Part shown: in pieces, positions 8,484-18,517 of the stretch
Position numbering within the stretch: the stretch's first letter is position 1
Layout: each line of letters opens with the position of its first letter
Assembly (NCBI GenBank): GCA_965208615.1
Contig: CBDBPB010000007.1
Span: 32,001-96,000 of the forward strand
Direction: 5' to 3'
Source of the DNA: Spirochaetota bacterium
GTDB taxonomy: Bacteria > Spirochaetota > UBA6919 > CBDBPB01
Length of the DNA stretch: 64,000 nucleotides
Program-made: the position numbers and the translations under genes
The notes under the pieces: generated by a model
Database searches by the model: none
What the model saw: only the letters and a program-made list of their open reading frames with translations
Told to the model about the DNA's origin: nothing

Positions 8484-9833
8484 TTATAAACTATTATCTT
8501 TTATAATAATTCGCCTCCATATATAAAAAATAACTATTCCCAATATAACAACCCCTATCGCAAATAGTGATGTCATTGTCCACTCAATAATACTGGATAA
8601 CATCATGTAAATAGTTAAAAATATAAATATTATCGGGGTTAATGGATATAGCGGTACACTGTAAGCCCTCTTAATGCCTGGATTCCTAATCCTAATGTAT
8701 ATAAGTCCGATAACACTAAGAAGAGGAAATATCCCTAATGCAAAACCTGTATAGGTCATAAGGGATTCTACGTTTCTGCCTATTAGTACATAAATAACCG
8801 TTAATACAATTTGAGTCATTATGGCAAAGGCAGGTGTGCCAAAACGAGAATGTATTTTTGCTATGGACTTAAAAAGAATCCTATCCTTAGCCATAGCATA
8901 GTAAACCCTTGGAGCTATCATCAACTGAACCGCAATAGACGATATTAAAATAAAAATAATACCTAAATTATACAATTGGGATACGTAATCACCAAAAATA
9001 CTTTTTGTTGCTACAGCCCCAATAGCTGTCTTACCCTTTATATAATCAGCAGGAGCAGACATTATAAATACCAGATTTACTCCAATATATAAAATTGAGG
9101 TTAATAATGTTCCGTATAGTAAAGCCTTTGGAAGATTATTACTGGGATTCTTAATCTCACCCGCAATATAAACTGCTCCATTCCAGCCAGAGTAGGCAAA
9201 CATTATAATTAAAAGTGATAAACCCATTGTTGAAAAACTAGTTATATTGTCGCCTGAGTAAACTATACGATGAGATTGTCCCCAGTCAATCATGTAAATA
9301 CCAAATATTACTAGAGAAATAACTATAATAAGCTTTAATACGGTAAGTAGGTTTTGTATTTTACTACCAAGCTTTAGTCCGAAAATCTGAATGCTACCCA
9401 ATACTACTACTAATGATGTACTAATTATCCCTCTTATGACTGGATCAGAAATAAATATAGCGGTTTGAGGACTAAATCTATATAAAAGTTTATCAAGATA
9501 GTGGAATAAAGTAATTGTACTAATTGCCGTAGAAGCAGAAAAACCTACTATTAAAGAAATCCACCCGGTTAAAAAGGAAGGTAATAGACCAAATATCTTT
9601 TTAAGATAAATATATTCTCCGCCAACATAAGGCCATATTGTTGCTAATTCAGCATAGCATAGGGTTCCAGTTATAGCCACTAACCCCCCAACTGCCCATA
9701 AAACTAATACTAGTAAACTATTATTAGTCATAGCTAAAACATTGCCTGTTGTTACGAATAATCCCGTTCCTATCATGCTCGCCATAACTACCATTATAGC
9801 AGTAAATAATCCTAACTCTCTTTTAAGTTGCAT
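8484..9833 (-). CDS. APC-family amino acid permease
   Basis: LKRELGL, MIGTG, CYAELAT, AYSGW, AGEIKNP and GTP motifs, about 12 TM segments. Confidence 0.92.
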   Translation of the reverse strand: MQLKRELGLFTAIMVVMASMIGTGLFVTTGNVLAMTNNSLLVLVLWAVGGLVAITGTLCYAELATIWPYVGGEYIYLKKIFGLLPSFLTGWISLIVGFSASTAISTITLFHYLDKLLYRFSPQTAIFISDPVIRGIISTSLVVVLGSIQIFGLKLGSKIQNLLTVLKLIIVISLVIFGIYMIDWGQSHRIVYSGDNITSFSTMGLSLLIIMFAYSGWNGAVYIAGEIKNPSNNLPKALLYGTLLTSILYIGVNLVFIMSAPADYIKGKTAIGAVATKSIFGDYVSQLYNLGIIFILISSIAVQLMIAPRVYYAMAKDRILFKSIAKIHSRFGTPAFAIMTQIVLTVIYVLIGRNVESLMTYTGFALGIFPLLSVIGLIYIRIRNPGIKRAYSVPLYPLTPIIFIFLTIYMMLSSIIEWTMTSLFAIGVVILGIVIFYIWRRIIIKDNSL

Positions 9834-9988
9834 TATAGCTTTACCTTAATGTTATCTGTTATTAAATGTTATCAACCATCCAAAAGCAATTATAGGCGTT
9901 TTGGTTTGTTTTTATACCTGTTGGAACCCTCCATAACAATTTATAATAAGGATCAATGTAAGCCTTGTTTGTTGTTATTATGAATGAA

Positions 9989-10339
9989 CTACTTAATACG
10001 TTTCTTTTTTCTATAATAGGACATTAACTGAGAAATAAAATCTTTCTTTTCAGGGGTAATATCATTAAACTGACAACCAATAATCGATATACCAGGATAA
10101 TTGGGATCTTCTTTTTCCCATATCTTTTTAGCCTTTAGTACCCAAAGGCTGTCTTGGAGATTATTAGTATCATCAAAGGATATGTTAAATATATCGTCAA
10201 CGTTATGCTCAATATGAATTTTTGCTCCGCTTTTACTAAGACTAGTAATATAACCATTAGCATTAGCTATTTTACATAGTATATTTACATTAATAGGATC
10301 AGTTCTTTCTCTGTTATTTGTTCTTTTATCGCTATACAT
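9989..10339 (-). CDS. Single-domain PilZ protein
   Basis: RxxxR (RTNNR) and SLSKSGAKI (D/NxSxxG-like) motifs, GCQF near the C-terminus. Confidence 0.75.
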   Translation of the reverse strand: MYSDKRTNNRERTDPINVNILCKIANANGYITSLSKSGAKIHIEHNVDDIFNISFDDTNNLQDSLWVLKAKKIWEKEDPNYPGISIIGCQFNDITPEKKDFISQLMSYYRKKKRIK

Positions 10340-10520
10340 AATAATTTCTCCGTATTTGTTATTATAATTGAACTAAAATTATAATATAACTCAAAAAGAA
10401 TAACATATCCAAGAAAAATATTATCTGTTTGCCATTTTTAATGGCTTATTGTTAAGCTTGTAAAATAAGTAGGTTTTCAACTTGAGTATTAATTAATAAG
10501 ATTTAGTGTAAAGTAGTTAA

Positions 10521-11651
10521 TTATTTAAAGGAGTTTTTAAATTTTTCATATAAAGACTTAGGTTGAGGTTCAAATTCTTCTCCTCTTAATTCAGCAAACT
10601 TCTCTAAAAGCTTTCTTTCTTCTTGGGAAAGGTTTTTAGGTATTTCTACGCTTATCTTAACATGAAGATCGCCTTCACCATATCCATGTAAATATGGAAC
10701 TCCGTTACCTCTTAGCCTAAAAATACTACCATTCTGAATACCTGGAGGAATTTTAAGTTTAATTTTTTTACCATTTAACGTAGGAACAAATATCTCAGTT
10801 CCCAAGGCGGCCTGTATCATAGAAATAGGAATCTCACAATATAGGTTGTTTTCTTCTCTTCTAAAAAACTCATGAGCTAATACATGAATGACTATATATA
10901 AGTCTCCTGAATCACCTCCAAATGTACCCCCTTCACCTTCTCTGGCTATTTTTATTTTAGTACCTGTTTCTACACCAGCAGGTATCTTAATTTGTATAGT
11001 TCTACGTTTTCTAACCTTACCATTACCATGACAAGTCTGACAAGGGTTTGTAATAACCACACCATTACCATTACAATTATGACAGGTGGATGAAAAACTA
11101 AAAAAACCTTGAGATCTAGTAACTTGTCCACTGCCACCGCATACAGAACAAGTAGTGGGAGATGTCCCATTTTTTGTTCCCATACCATTACATCGTGAGC
11201 ATAATTCATTTCGTGGTATTTCTATTTTAGTTTCTTTACCATAGGCAGCATCTTCAAAGTTTATCTCTAAATCATATCTAAGATCACTACCTCGTCTCTT
11301 TTTGTTGTGGGAAGATGAACCCCTTCTATTTCTACTACCAAAGAATCCTTCAAATAGATCTTCAAAGCCTTCAAATATATCCTCAAAGCCGCTAAATCCA
11401 CCAGATGGAAATCCACTAGTTCCACTAACACCAGCATGACCAAATTGATCATATTGGGATCGCTTTGTACTATCTCCTAATACCTCATAAGCCTCAGTAG
11501 CTTCTTTAAATTTATCTTCAGCCTCTTTATTGTTTGGATTTTTATCAGGATGATACTTAATAGCCAACTTGCGATATGCTTTTTTAATGTCATTCTGATT
11601 GGCATTATGATCAACTTCTAAAACTTCGTAATAATCTCTCTTACTTCCCAT
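10521..11651 (-). CDS. dnaJ: Chaperone DnaJ
   Basis: HPD J-domain and four CxxCxGxG repeats. Confidence 0.98.
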   Translation of the reverse strand: MGSKRDYYEVLEVDHNANQNDIKKAYRKLAIKYHPDKNPNNKEAEDKFKEATEAYEVLGDSTKRSQYDQFGHAGVSGTSGFPSGGFSGFEDIFEGFEDLFEGFFGSRNRRGSSSHNKKRRGSDLRYDLEINFEDAAYGKETKIEIPRNELCSRCNGMGTKNGTSPTTCSVCGGSGQVTRSQGFFSFSSTCHNCNGNGVVITNPCQTCHGNGKVRKRRTIQIKIPAGVETGTKIKIAREGEGGTFGGDSGDLYIVIHVLAHEFFRREENNLYCEIPISMIQAALGTEIFVPTLNGKKIKLKIPPGIQNGSIFRLRGNGVPYLHGYGEGDLHVKISVEIPKNLSQEERKLLEKFAELRGEEFEPQPKSLYEKFKNSFK

Positions 11652-11669
11652 CTAAGTTATCCTAGTTAA

Positions 11670-13607
11670 CTATTTCTTTTGTCCTTCTCCTTCATCAACG
11701 ACCTCATAGTCAGCATCTACCACATTATCATTAGCAGAAGATTTTTTATTATTAGTGTTAGCCTCTTCGCTTTGATTAGGAGTTTCCTGTTGTGCTTGCT
11801 GAGATGCAGCACCTTGTTTATAAGCCGCTTGGGACAACTTATGAGTTACTTTAGTTAGATTATCCATTGCCTGCTTAATTTGTTCAATATTCTTTGACTC
11901 TAGAGCCTTCTTTGTTTTTTCAATTTCTTTTTCTACTTCTGCTTTATCGCTATCAGAAATCTTATTACCATATTCATCAACCATTTTTTCTGCCTGATAA
12001 ATAAGGTTATCAGCATTATTAATTAGTTCAGCTTTTTCACGTTCTTTTATATCCTCTTCTGCATTAGCCTCTGCATCTTTAACCATTTTATCTATTTCAT
12101 CTTCTGTTAGTCCACTGGATGTTTCTATACGGATACTTTGTTCTTTGCCGGTACCTAGATCTTTTGCCGAAACATGAATAATACCATTAGCATCGATATC
12201 AAAAGTTACTTCAATTTGAGGAACACCTCTTTGAGCAGGTGGAATACCAACTAGTTCAAAGTTACCGATAAGCTTATTATGGATGGCTATTTCTCTTTCT
12301 CCCTGAAACACTTTAACAGACACAGCAGGTTGATTATCAGTAGCAGTAGAGAAAACCTGACTTTTTTTAGTAGGGATGGTAGTATTTCTATCAATGAGTC
12401 TGGTCATGACTCCGCCAAGGGTTTCAATACCTAATGATAGAGGAGTAACGTCTAACAACAAAATATCCTTAACGTCACCAGCCAATACACCGCCTTGGAT
12501 GGCGGCACCCATAGCGACAACCTCATCAGGATTAACTCCTTTGTGAGGCTCTTTGGCAAAAATATCTTTAACAAGGGCTTGTACAGCTGGAATACGAGTA
12601 GAGCCGCCAACTAAAATTACTTCATTAATATCAGAGGCGTTTAATCCGGCATCTCTAAGAGCGTTTTCACAAGGTATTCTTGTTTTATCTACTAAATCAC
12701 TGGTTAACTGTTCGAACTTAGAGCGAGTAAGGGTAATGTTTAGATGTTTTGGTCCTGATGAGTCAGCGGTAATAAAAGGAAGATTAATATCGCTAGATTG
12801 TGCTCCAGAAAGTTCTTTTTTAGCTTTTTCGCCTTCTTCTTTTAGTCTTTGTAATGCCATTTTATCATGACTTAAATCAATACCCTGCTCTTTTTTAAAT
12901 TCTTCAACCAGCCAGTCAATAGTTCTTTGATCAAAGTCATCACCGCCTAAATGAGTATCTCCATTAGTACTTTTTACTTCAAATACGCCGTCACCTAGTT
13001 CTAGTATGGTTATATCAAAAGTTCCACCACCGAGGTCATAAACAGCAATTTTTTCATTTTTTTTCTTATCGAGTCCATAAGCCAGAGCGGCAGCAGTAGG
13101 TTCATTTACAATTCTTTTTACTTCTAGGCCTGCAATTTTACCTGCATCTTTTGTAGCCTGACGTTGTGCATCATTAAAGTAAGCAGGTACGGTAATAACA
13201 GCTTCAGTAATTTTTTCACCTAGGTAGTCTTCAGCAGTTTGCCTCATTTTCTGCAAAATACGAGCAGATATTTCAGGGGGTGAATAGTCTCCATCTTTAA
13301 CGGATATTCTTACATCGTTGTTTGGGCCTTGGGTTATTTTATACGCTACAGTTTTTCTTTCATTTTGAACTTCAGCAAATCTACGCCCCATAAACCGCTT
13401 AATAGACCTAATTGTATTTTCTGGATTAGTAATCACTTGATTTTTAGCAGTTTGTCCAACAAGCTTTTCTCCTTTTGGAGTAAAAGCAACAACTGAAGGA
13501 GTTGTTCTTGAGCCTTCAGAGTTAGCAATAACAACAGCATCACCACCTTCCATTACTGCTACACATGAGTTAGTTGTTCCTAAATCTATTCCAATTATTT
13601 TACCCAT
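11670..13607 (-). CDS. dnaK: Chaperone DnaK
   Basis: GIDLGTTNS and DLGGGTFD Hsp70 signatures. Confidence 0.99.
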   Translation of the reverse strand: MGKIIGIDLGTTNSCVAVMEGGDAVVIANSEGSRTTPSVVAFTPKGEKLVGQTAKNQVITNPENTIRSIKRFMGRRFAEVQNERKTVAYKITQGPNNDVRISVKDGDYSPPEISARILQKMRQTAEDYLGEKITEAVITVPAYFNDAQRQATKDAGKIAGLEVKRIVNEPTAAALAYGLDKKKNEKIAVYDLGGGTFDITILELGDGVFEVKSTNGDTHLGGDDFDQRTIDWLVEEFKKEQGIDLSHDKMALQRLKEEGEKAKKELSGAQSSDINLPFITADSSGPKHLNITLTRSKFEQLTSDLVDKTRIPCENALRDAGLNASDINEVILVGGSTRIPAVQALVKDIFAKEPHKGVNPDEVVAMGAAIQGGVLAGDVKDILLLDVTPLSLGIETLGGVMTRLIDRNTTIPTKKSQVFSTATDNQPAVSVKVFQGEREIAIHNKLIGNFELVGIPPAQRGVPQIEVTFDIDANGIIHVSAKDLGTGKEQSIRIETSSGLTEDEIDKMVKDAEANAEEDIKEREKAELINNADNLIYQAEKMVDEYGNKISDSDKAEVEKEIEKTKKALESKNIEQIKQAMDNLTKVTHKLSQAAYKQGAASQQAQQETPNQSEEANTNNKKSSANDNVVDADYEVVDEGEGQKK

Positions 13608-13642
13608 TCCGATTACTCCTTAAATATCAAGAAATTATTTAG

Positions 13643-14503
13643 TTATTTTTTTAACTTTTTAAAAAGCTCTAAAGCTTTATTTTTATCATTTTCGTTAATA
13701 TCCTTTTTAAGGACATATTCTTCATCTACCTTATTATATAGGTTTTCGATAAAGTTATGGTCATCAGGATTATCTATATACTTAGTAATTTCGGAGTTAA
13801 ACTTTTCTACGCTAATAGAGTTAGGTATATTTAGTTTATTATTTTCATCATCATCAGTCTTATTACCATCAAGATACTGACCCTTTGCGACTACTACTTT
13901 AGCATGACGAATTACTTTATTTCCCAGCAAATATCCTTTTTGCCATTGAAAGATAACGGTATCTACATTAAAGTTTTTTTTACTTTCATCGATTTGCAAT
14001 GCCTCGTGAAAGTTAGGATCAAACTCAGTATCTACAGCCTCAATTTCTTTTACGCCATAGACTTCGAGAAGTTTTTTAAGTTGTTTTTCAATTAGGATTA
14101 TACCGTCTCTAATTGTGGAGGCCTCATCTTGATCATTAGATGAGTGAATTGCCTTTTCTATATTATCTATAATTGGTAATAGTTCTTCAATAATTTTTTG
14201 ATTAGCAAGCAGTTGAAAGTCGTTACGTTCTTTAGTAGTTCTTTTTTTATAGTTTTCGAATTCAGCTTGTTTTCTTTTGATAATTGATTCATATTCGCCA
14301 ACAGTTTTTTCAAGGGTACTTATTACATCTTGATTTTCTTTAAGTTGTTGGTGTATTACAGTTAAGTCTTCAACGCGACCGTTTTCTATTTGTTTATCTA
14401 TGGAATTTTTATTTATGAAGTTATCAGTATTATTTTTATAGTTAGCAGTTTTATTATTTAAGTTTTCTTTTTTAGAATTGCTCATATTATTATCTAAAGT
14501 CAC
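13643..14503 (-). CDS. grpE: Nucleotide exchange factor GrpE with a C-terminal extension
   Basis: AEFENYKKR, FDPNFHEA and QKGY..VIRHAKVVV motifs. Lies upstream of dnaK. Confidence 0.92.
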   Translation of the reverse strand: MTLDNNMSNSKKENLNNKTANYKNNTDNFINKNSIDKQIENGRVEDLTVIHQQLKENQDVISTLEKTVGEYESIIKRKQAEFENYKKRTTKERNDFQLLANQKIIEELLPIIDNIEKAIHSSNDQDEASTIRDGIILIEKQLKKLLEVYGVKEIEAVDTEFDPNFHEALQIDESKKNFNVDTVIFQWQKGYLLGNKVIRHAKVVVAKGQYLDGNKTDDDENNKLNIPNSISVEKFNSEITKYIDNPDDHNFIENLYNKVDEEYVLKKDINENDKNKALELFKKLKK

Positions 14504-14760
14504 TTTTCATAATACCTTTATATTTATAAAATAGTTTATCTATTTATTGGTTTATAATTATGTTGAATAAATTATTTTCCAAAGCTATATTGATAAACAT
14601 GAATGCACTAAACTATAATACAACTTTATAGTAGACAAATCGTTAGCAATCAATTTGATTATTTAATAAACAAAATTAATAATAAGATTTTTTATACTCG
14701 TCAATAGGGCATTATTATTTTTATATTTTGCTTTAGTACTAATATTGCTATGAAGGCTTT

Positions 14761-15040
14761 TAGCAGGTTATTATAAAAAGGTTCTATATTAGTCAATTGT
14801 TTTTATAGGTATGAGCTATTCTATTATTTTTAATTCGCGTAGAAATTTACATATAAAGTCAACATATAATATTTAAATAATCAGCTCTATACCTTTATAG
14901 AACTGCAAATCCCTTAACACTTAAACAAAAATAAATATACCTACTCGTCTGACTAAACCTCTGAACGTATATGTCTTACCCTTTACGCTCTATCCTTTAT
15001 CATAAAATGATAAATAAATTATCACATATTATGTCTACCT
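14761..15040 (+). mobile_element. Internally deleted copy of the dispersed degenerate element
   Basis: 14761-14925 aligns colinearly with 50351-50510. 14998-15022 aligns with 50771-50795, and 15027-15040 with 50843-50856. Confidence 0.65.
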
Positions 15041-15189
15041 TATTAAATAAATTTAAGTGTTTTTTTTTAGCTGTACTTTCCCATGAGATTGATTGCCTTA
15101 GTAGTAGATTTATTTTTAAATTATATAGTTATATATGGGCTATTCTCTTAGAGCTTAACATTCTAAACTAAAAAACGATAGAGGGAATC

Positions 15190-15945
15190 ATGAAAAAAAA
15201 TATTCTTTATTTTACTAACTTTAGTTTTATTAATAGGACAAATACAATATGGATTCTTTATAAAAACTCAAAAAAATGGAGTCTTTGTAAAAGCTTTAAA
15301 AAAAGGCGAAACTCGTACTACTAAAGATGGAAAATCCTGGAATACTGCCTTTAGAGATCTGCAAATGGCTATTAATAAAGCCTCGGAAAAGTTTGACTAT
15401 AGTAAAAGACCTGTTAAGGTATATATAGCAAAAGGGGTTTATAAACCTACTATTCATCCAAATGGTGGCACAGGTGAACGTTATAAGCATTTTTAACTAA
15501 AGAATGGCGTAGAGGTTATTGGGGGCTATCCTGGTCTAAGTATTGGTGAGTCTAATAATCCTAATGACCATAAAACCATTCTAAGCGGTGATATTGGAAC
15601 AGAGAATAGTTATAATGATAACGCCTATCATGTTTTTTATCATCCTAATATAGCTAACCTAAATAACTCAGCAAAGTTAGTAGGGGTTACTATTACCAAA
15701 GGTAATGCTCATTTAATAAATGTGACTTTTGAGAATAATACGGCCATTGTTGGAAGGGGCATGTATAATTCTAAAAGCTCTCCCACTTTAGATAATACGG
15801 TGATTTTAAGAATAACATTGTTGGTCTTGGATATTTTCCTGATCCAAGAATAATAGGCAAACCAACTTGTGGAACAGGTTCTGAAATTAATAAAAAGGTT
15901 GTCAAAGTGGCTAATACATATAAACTTGTAAAGTCAGGCCCATAA
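15190..15945 (+). pseudogene. Secreted parallel beta-helix (pectin-lyase-like/Pmp-like) protein pseudogene
   Basis: Reconstructed as MKKIFFILLTLVLLIG..DGKSWNTAFRDLQMAI..VYIAKGVYKP..F*LKNGVEVIGGY..TILSGDIG..DNAYHV..TITKGNA. Lesions: A8 frameshift at 15193-15200, in-frame TAA at 15494-15496, a second shift near 15805. Confidence 0.85.
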
Positions 15946-16024
15946 ATATATTTATCTTTGTTATAAAATTAAGGGGAGCATTGTTAATAATTGTTCTAAT
16001 AGTTATAGATCAAACTAAGCTAAC

Positions 16025-16750
16025 TTATAGTCTGATAATAAGTTCAAGGGTGCTTCCTTTCTTTGGAGTCGAGTAAATATTTACATTACCCTTAATTTCT
16101 TTAATACGATAATTAATATTATTAATGCCCTTACCCTCACTAATCTTATTTTTATCAAAACCTATACCATTATCTGAAATGGTGATATAAATACTGTTAT
16201 CCTTAGTAGTACAATTTATGCCAACCTTAGTGGCACTAGAGTGCTTTATTACGTTTGTTAACCACTCTATAATTACTTTATAAATGTTGAACTTGCTTTT
16301 TGCTGGTAAACTGTTTACAATATCATCCGGACAAAAATATTGAAGGCTAATTCCTTTCATATCCAATAGTTCTTTACTGGATTTTAATAAATATTGTGCA
16401 AAATCACCTATAAAATTACTATCCTCCATTATTGAGTGAATAGACTCCCTCATTTTTATAAGGGCATCTCTTGCTAAACTTTCAAGAAGATCCAAAGTTT
16501 CTTCAGTCTTATCGATATTTTTATGTAATAAATCCTTAGCAACCTCTACATATAGTATAGTACCAGTAAGATAAGAACCTAGTGTATCATGTAGTTCTCT
16601 GGATATTCTTTCACGATCCCTAATAATATTTACCTCACCTAACTTTCTTACTAACTTAAGATTATTTTCTGTAATCATTAGTTCGTTTTTTCTTAATCTA
16701 CACTGATAATGGTATAATATTGCAAAAACTATACCAATAAAAAAAACCAA
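16025..16750 (-). CDS. HisKA_3-type sensor histidine kinase, C-terminal part (frameshifted from its sensor half)
   Basis: ERISRELHDTLG, NVIKHS, DNGIGF and GKGINNI boxes. Confidence 0.88.
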   Translation of the reverse strand: MVFFIGIVFAILYHYQCRLRKNELMITENNLKLVRKLGEVNIIRDRERISRELHDTLGSYLTGTILYVEVAKDLLHKNIDKTEETLDLLESLARDALIKMRESIHSIMEDSNFIGDFAQYLLKSSKELLDMKGISLQYFCPDDIVNSLPAKSKFNIYKVIIEWLTNVIKHSSATKVGINCTTKDNSIYITISDNGIGFDKNKISEGKGINNINYRIKEIKGNVNIYSTPKKGSTLELIIRL

Positions 16751-17237
16751 AGGATTTATGAAAAAGAGAAAATCGCATTTCAGGAGTTATTAGGTATAAT
16801 ATAGAGATAGTCCAGGGTAACAGCAGGAATAACAAAAAGAAAAATAAAGAAAACTTACTAAGCTGAGAAATTAAAACTAATAAAATTAAATATGATAACC
16901 ACCAGCCATTCCTGGGATCCTTAGAAAAGTAAATAACAATTGCCATAACAATGCAAATTATAGTCTTGCTCATAAAATTAAAGGTTCTGAATACCTTAGA
17001 GTCAAAGCCGTATTTTTTGTATGTGATTGCTGTTATTATAAGACAAATCTGGAATAAAACAATTCCGGGTATCAAAATGTTTGGCGTTACCTTAAGAAGG
17101 TCGATAGTTATATCAAAGGTTGATATTATTATTAGCAGTATACTAATTGCAAATATAAGAATAACGCCTTTGGATAGTCTAAGAGCTTCGTAGCTGTCTT
17201 TATAAAGGACTAAACCGGTAAATAAATTTAACTTCAT
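16698..17237 (-). CDS. Multi-TM sensor region, probable N-terminal half of the histidine kinase
   Basis: Hydrophobic ORF overlapping the kinase ORF by 53 bp. Removing one T from the T8 run (16739-16746) fuses the two frames. Confidence 0.7.
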   Translation of the reverse strand: MKLNLFTGLVLYKDSYEALRLSKGVILIFAISILLIIISTFDITIDLLKVTPNILIPGIVLFQICLIITAITYKKYGFDSKVFRTFNFMSKTIICIVMAIVIYFSKDPRNGWWLSYLILLVLISQLSKFSLFFFLLFLLLPWTISILYLITPEMRFSLFHKSFGFFYWYSFCNIIPLSV

Positions 17238-17677
17238 ATTCCAGTACTTCCAAAACCACCATTATCCCTTAAACTGGTGGTTAGCGTTATAGTAGTTTTT
17301 ATTTGTGCAGAACTAACCTTATTTATTACCATTTGTGCAATACGACTTTTGGGAGTAATAATAAAATCCTTTTCGCCGAAGTTAATAAGTATTACCTTAA
17401 CTTCACCTCTATAGTCGCTGTCAATAGTTCCAGGAGTATTGAGTACAGTAATTCCGTATTTTAGAGCTAATCCACTTCTTGGTCTTATTTGTGCTTCATA
17501 TCCAATGGGTATGCTCATGGCAAACCCTGTTGGGATTAATGTTCTCTTCATTGGAGATAATACAATATCTCCTTTTATGCAGGCGTATAAATCCATGCCA
17601 CTGGCACCTTCAGACTCATACGATGGACTAACAAAATATTTGGATACTGGTTTTATGTTTATATTAACTTTATCCAT
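17234..17677 (-). CDS. dut: dUTP diphosphatase
   Basis: SGMDL, RPRSGLA, GTIDSDYRGE, RIAQ and GGFGSTG motifs. Confidence 0.97.
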   Translation of the reverse strand: MDKVNINIKPVSKYFVSPSYESEGASGMDLYACIKGDIVLSPMKRTLIPTGFAMSIPIGYEAQIRPRSGLALKYGITVLNTPGTIDSDYRGEVKVILINFGEKDFIITPKSRIAQMVINKVSSAQIKTTITLTTSLRDNGGFGSTGI

Positions 17678-18031
17678 TTTAGTTTACTTTTACTACTTTT
17701 ATATAAATGCTGTAAACAGATTCGGAGATAAAACAAAATACCATATATCTTTTTAAAATACTGCTTTTTATTTTATGTACTTTAGCATTATAACTAACTT
17801 ACTATTCCATGCAATAAACCAAGCGACTAACTTTATTATATATTTAGGTTTAAGTTAGCATTAACTTAATTGCAAGTTAAACATAATACCTTTTTATTAT
17901 GATACTTTTAACAAAGTTATAGCATTTTTAATTAAGTTATTAAATATAAATAGCAACTTTTATTTATTTGAAAATTATAGCAATTTGTATTATAGTTAAA
18001 TTATATAACAATAAATTTTGAGGTGCTTTTT

Positions 18032-18343
18032 ATGGCTAAATTATTACTAGCTAACTTAGTATTTCTTGTTAGCGTGTTTATAATAAGTTATAGCTTGGCG
18101 AATAATATTTATAGCGATAGTAAAAAACAGTATAGTAAAACAAAAAATAAAGTTATTAATAAAAATAAAAAAACTAATAAAAAAACTAATAGATGTTATA
18201 AATGTTCCGGGGTTAATTATGTTTGTTATAAAGCTAAGGATACCTTCTTAAAGCGTCAAAAGGCCGCTAAACTTTGTAAAACTAGAATAAATCCACGATC
18301 CTTTTATTGTACTAGTAAACAGTGTGATAAGTGGATAAAATAA
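18032..18343 (+). CDS. Small basic secreted protein with six Cys
   Basis: GAGGTG RBS, signal peptide, Lys-rich linker, then CYKC..VC..LC..YC..QC. Confidence 0.7.
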   Translation: MAKLLLANLVFLVSVFIISYSLANNIYSDSKKQYSKTKNKVINKNKKTNKKTNRCYKCSGVNYVCYKAKDTFLKRQKAAKLCKTRINPRSFYCTSKQCDKWIK

Positions 18344-18517
18344 TATTTTTTTTTAATGTTATTAACAAAGCATTAACAAAAATTATAAATCCTTTTAGGA
18401 AGGTTCTATTTTCAAATAGGCGAATCTTTATATATAATTTATAACTTTAAAGATTGACATCTTTATTAAAAAAGTTATTCTTAAATTAATTGATTGACTA
18501 ATGAATAGGAGTTTTAA

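Noticed and set aside
14643-14669. Functional CIRCE operator
   Set aside because: Only one half-site resembles the consensus. The partner half 9 bp away does not.
14971-15490. ORFs 14971-15171 (+) and 15296-15490 (-)
   Set aside because: The first overlaps the degenerate repeat. The second is antisense to the beta-helix pseudogene.
15494-15496. Stop-codon recoding of the in-frame TAA
   Set aside because: The same gene has frameshifts, and TAA terminates many genes here normally. A CAA>TAA mutation is simpler.
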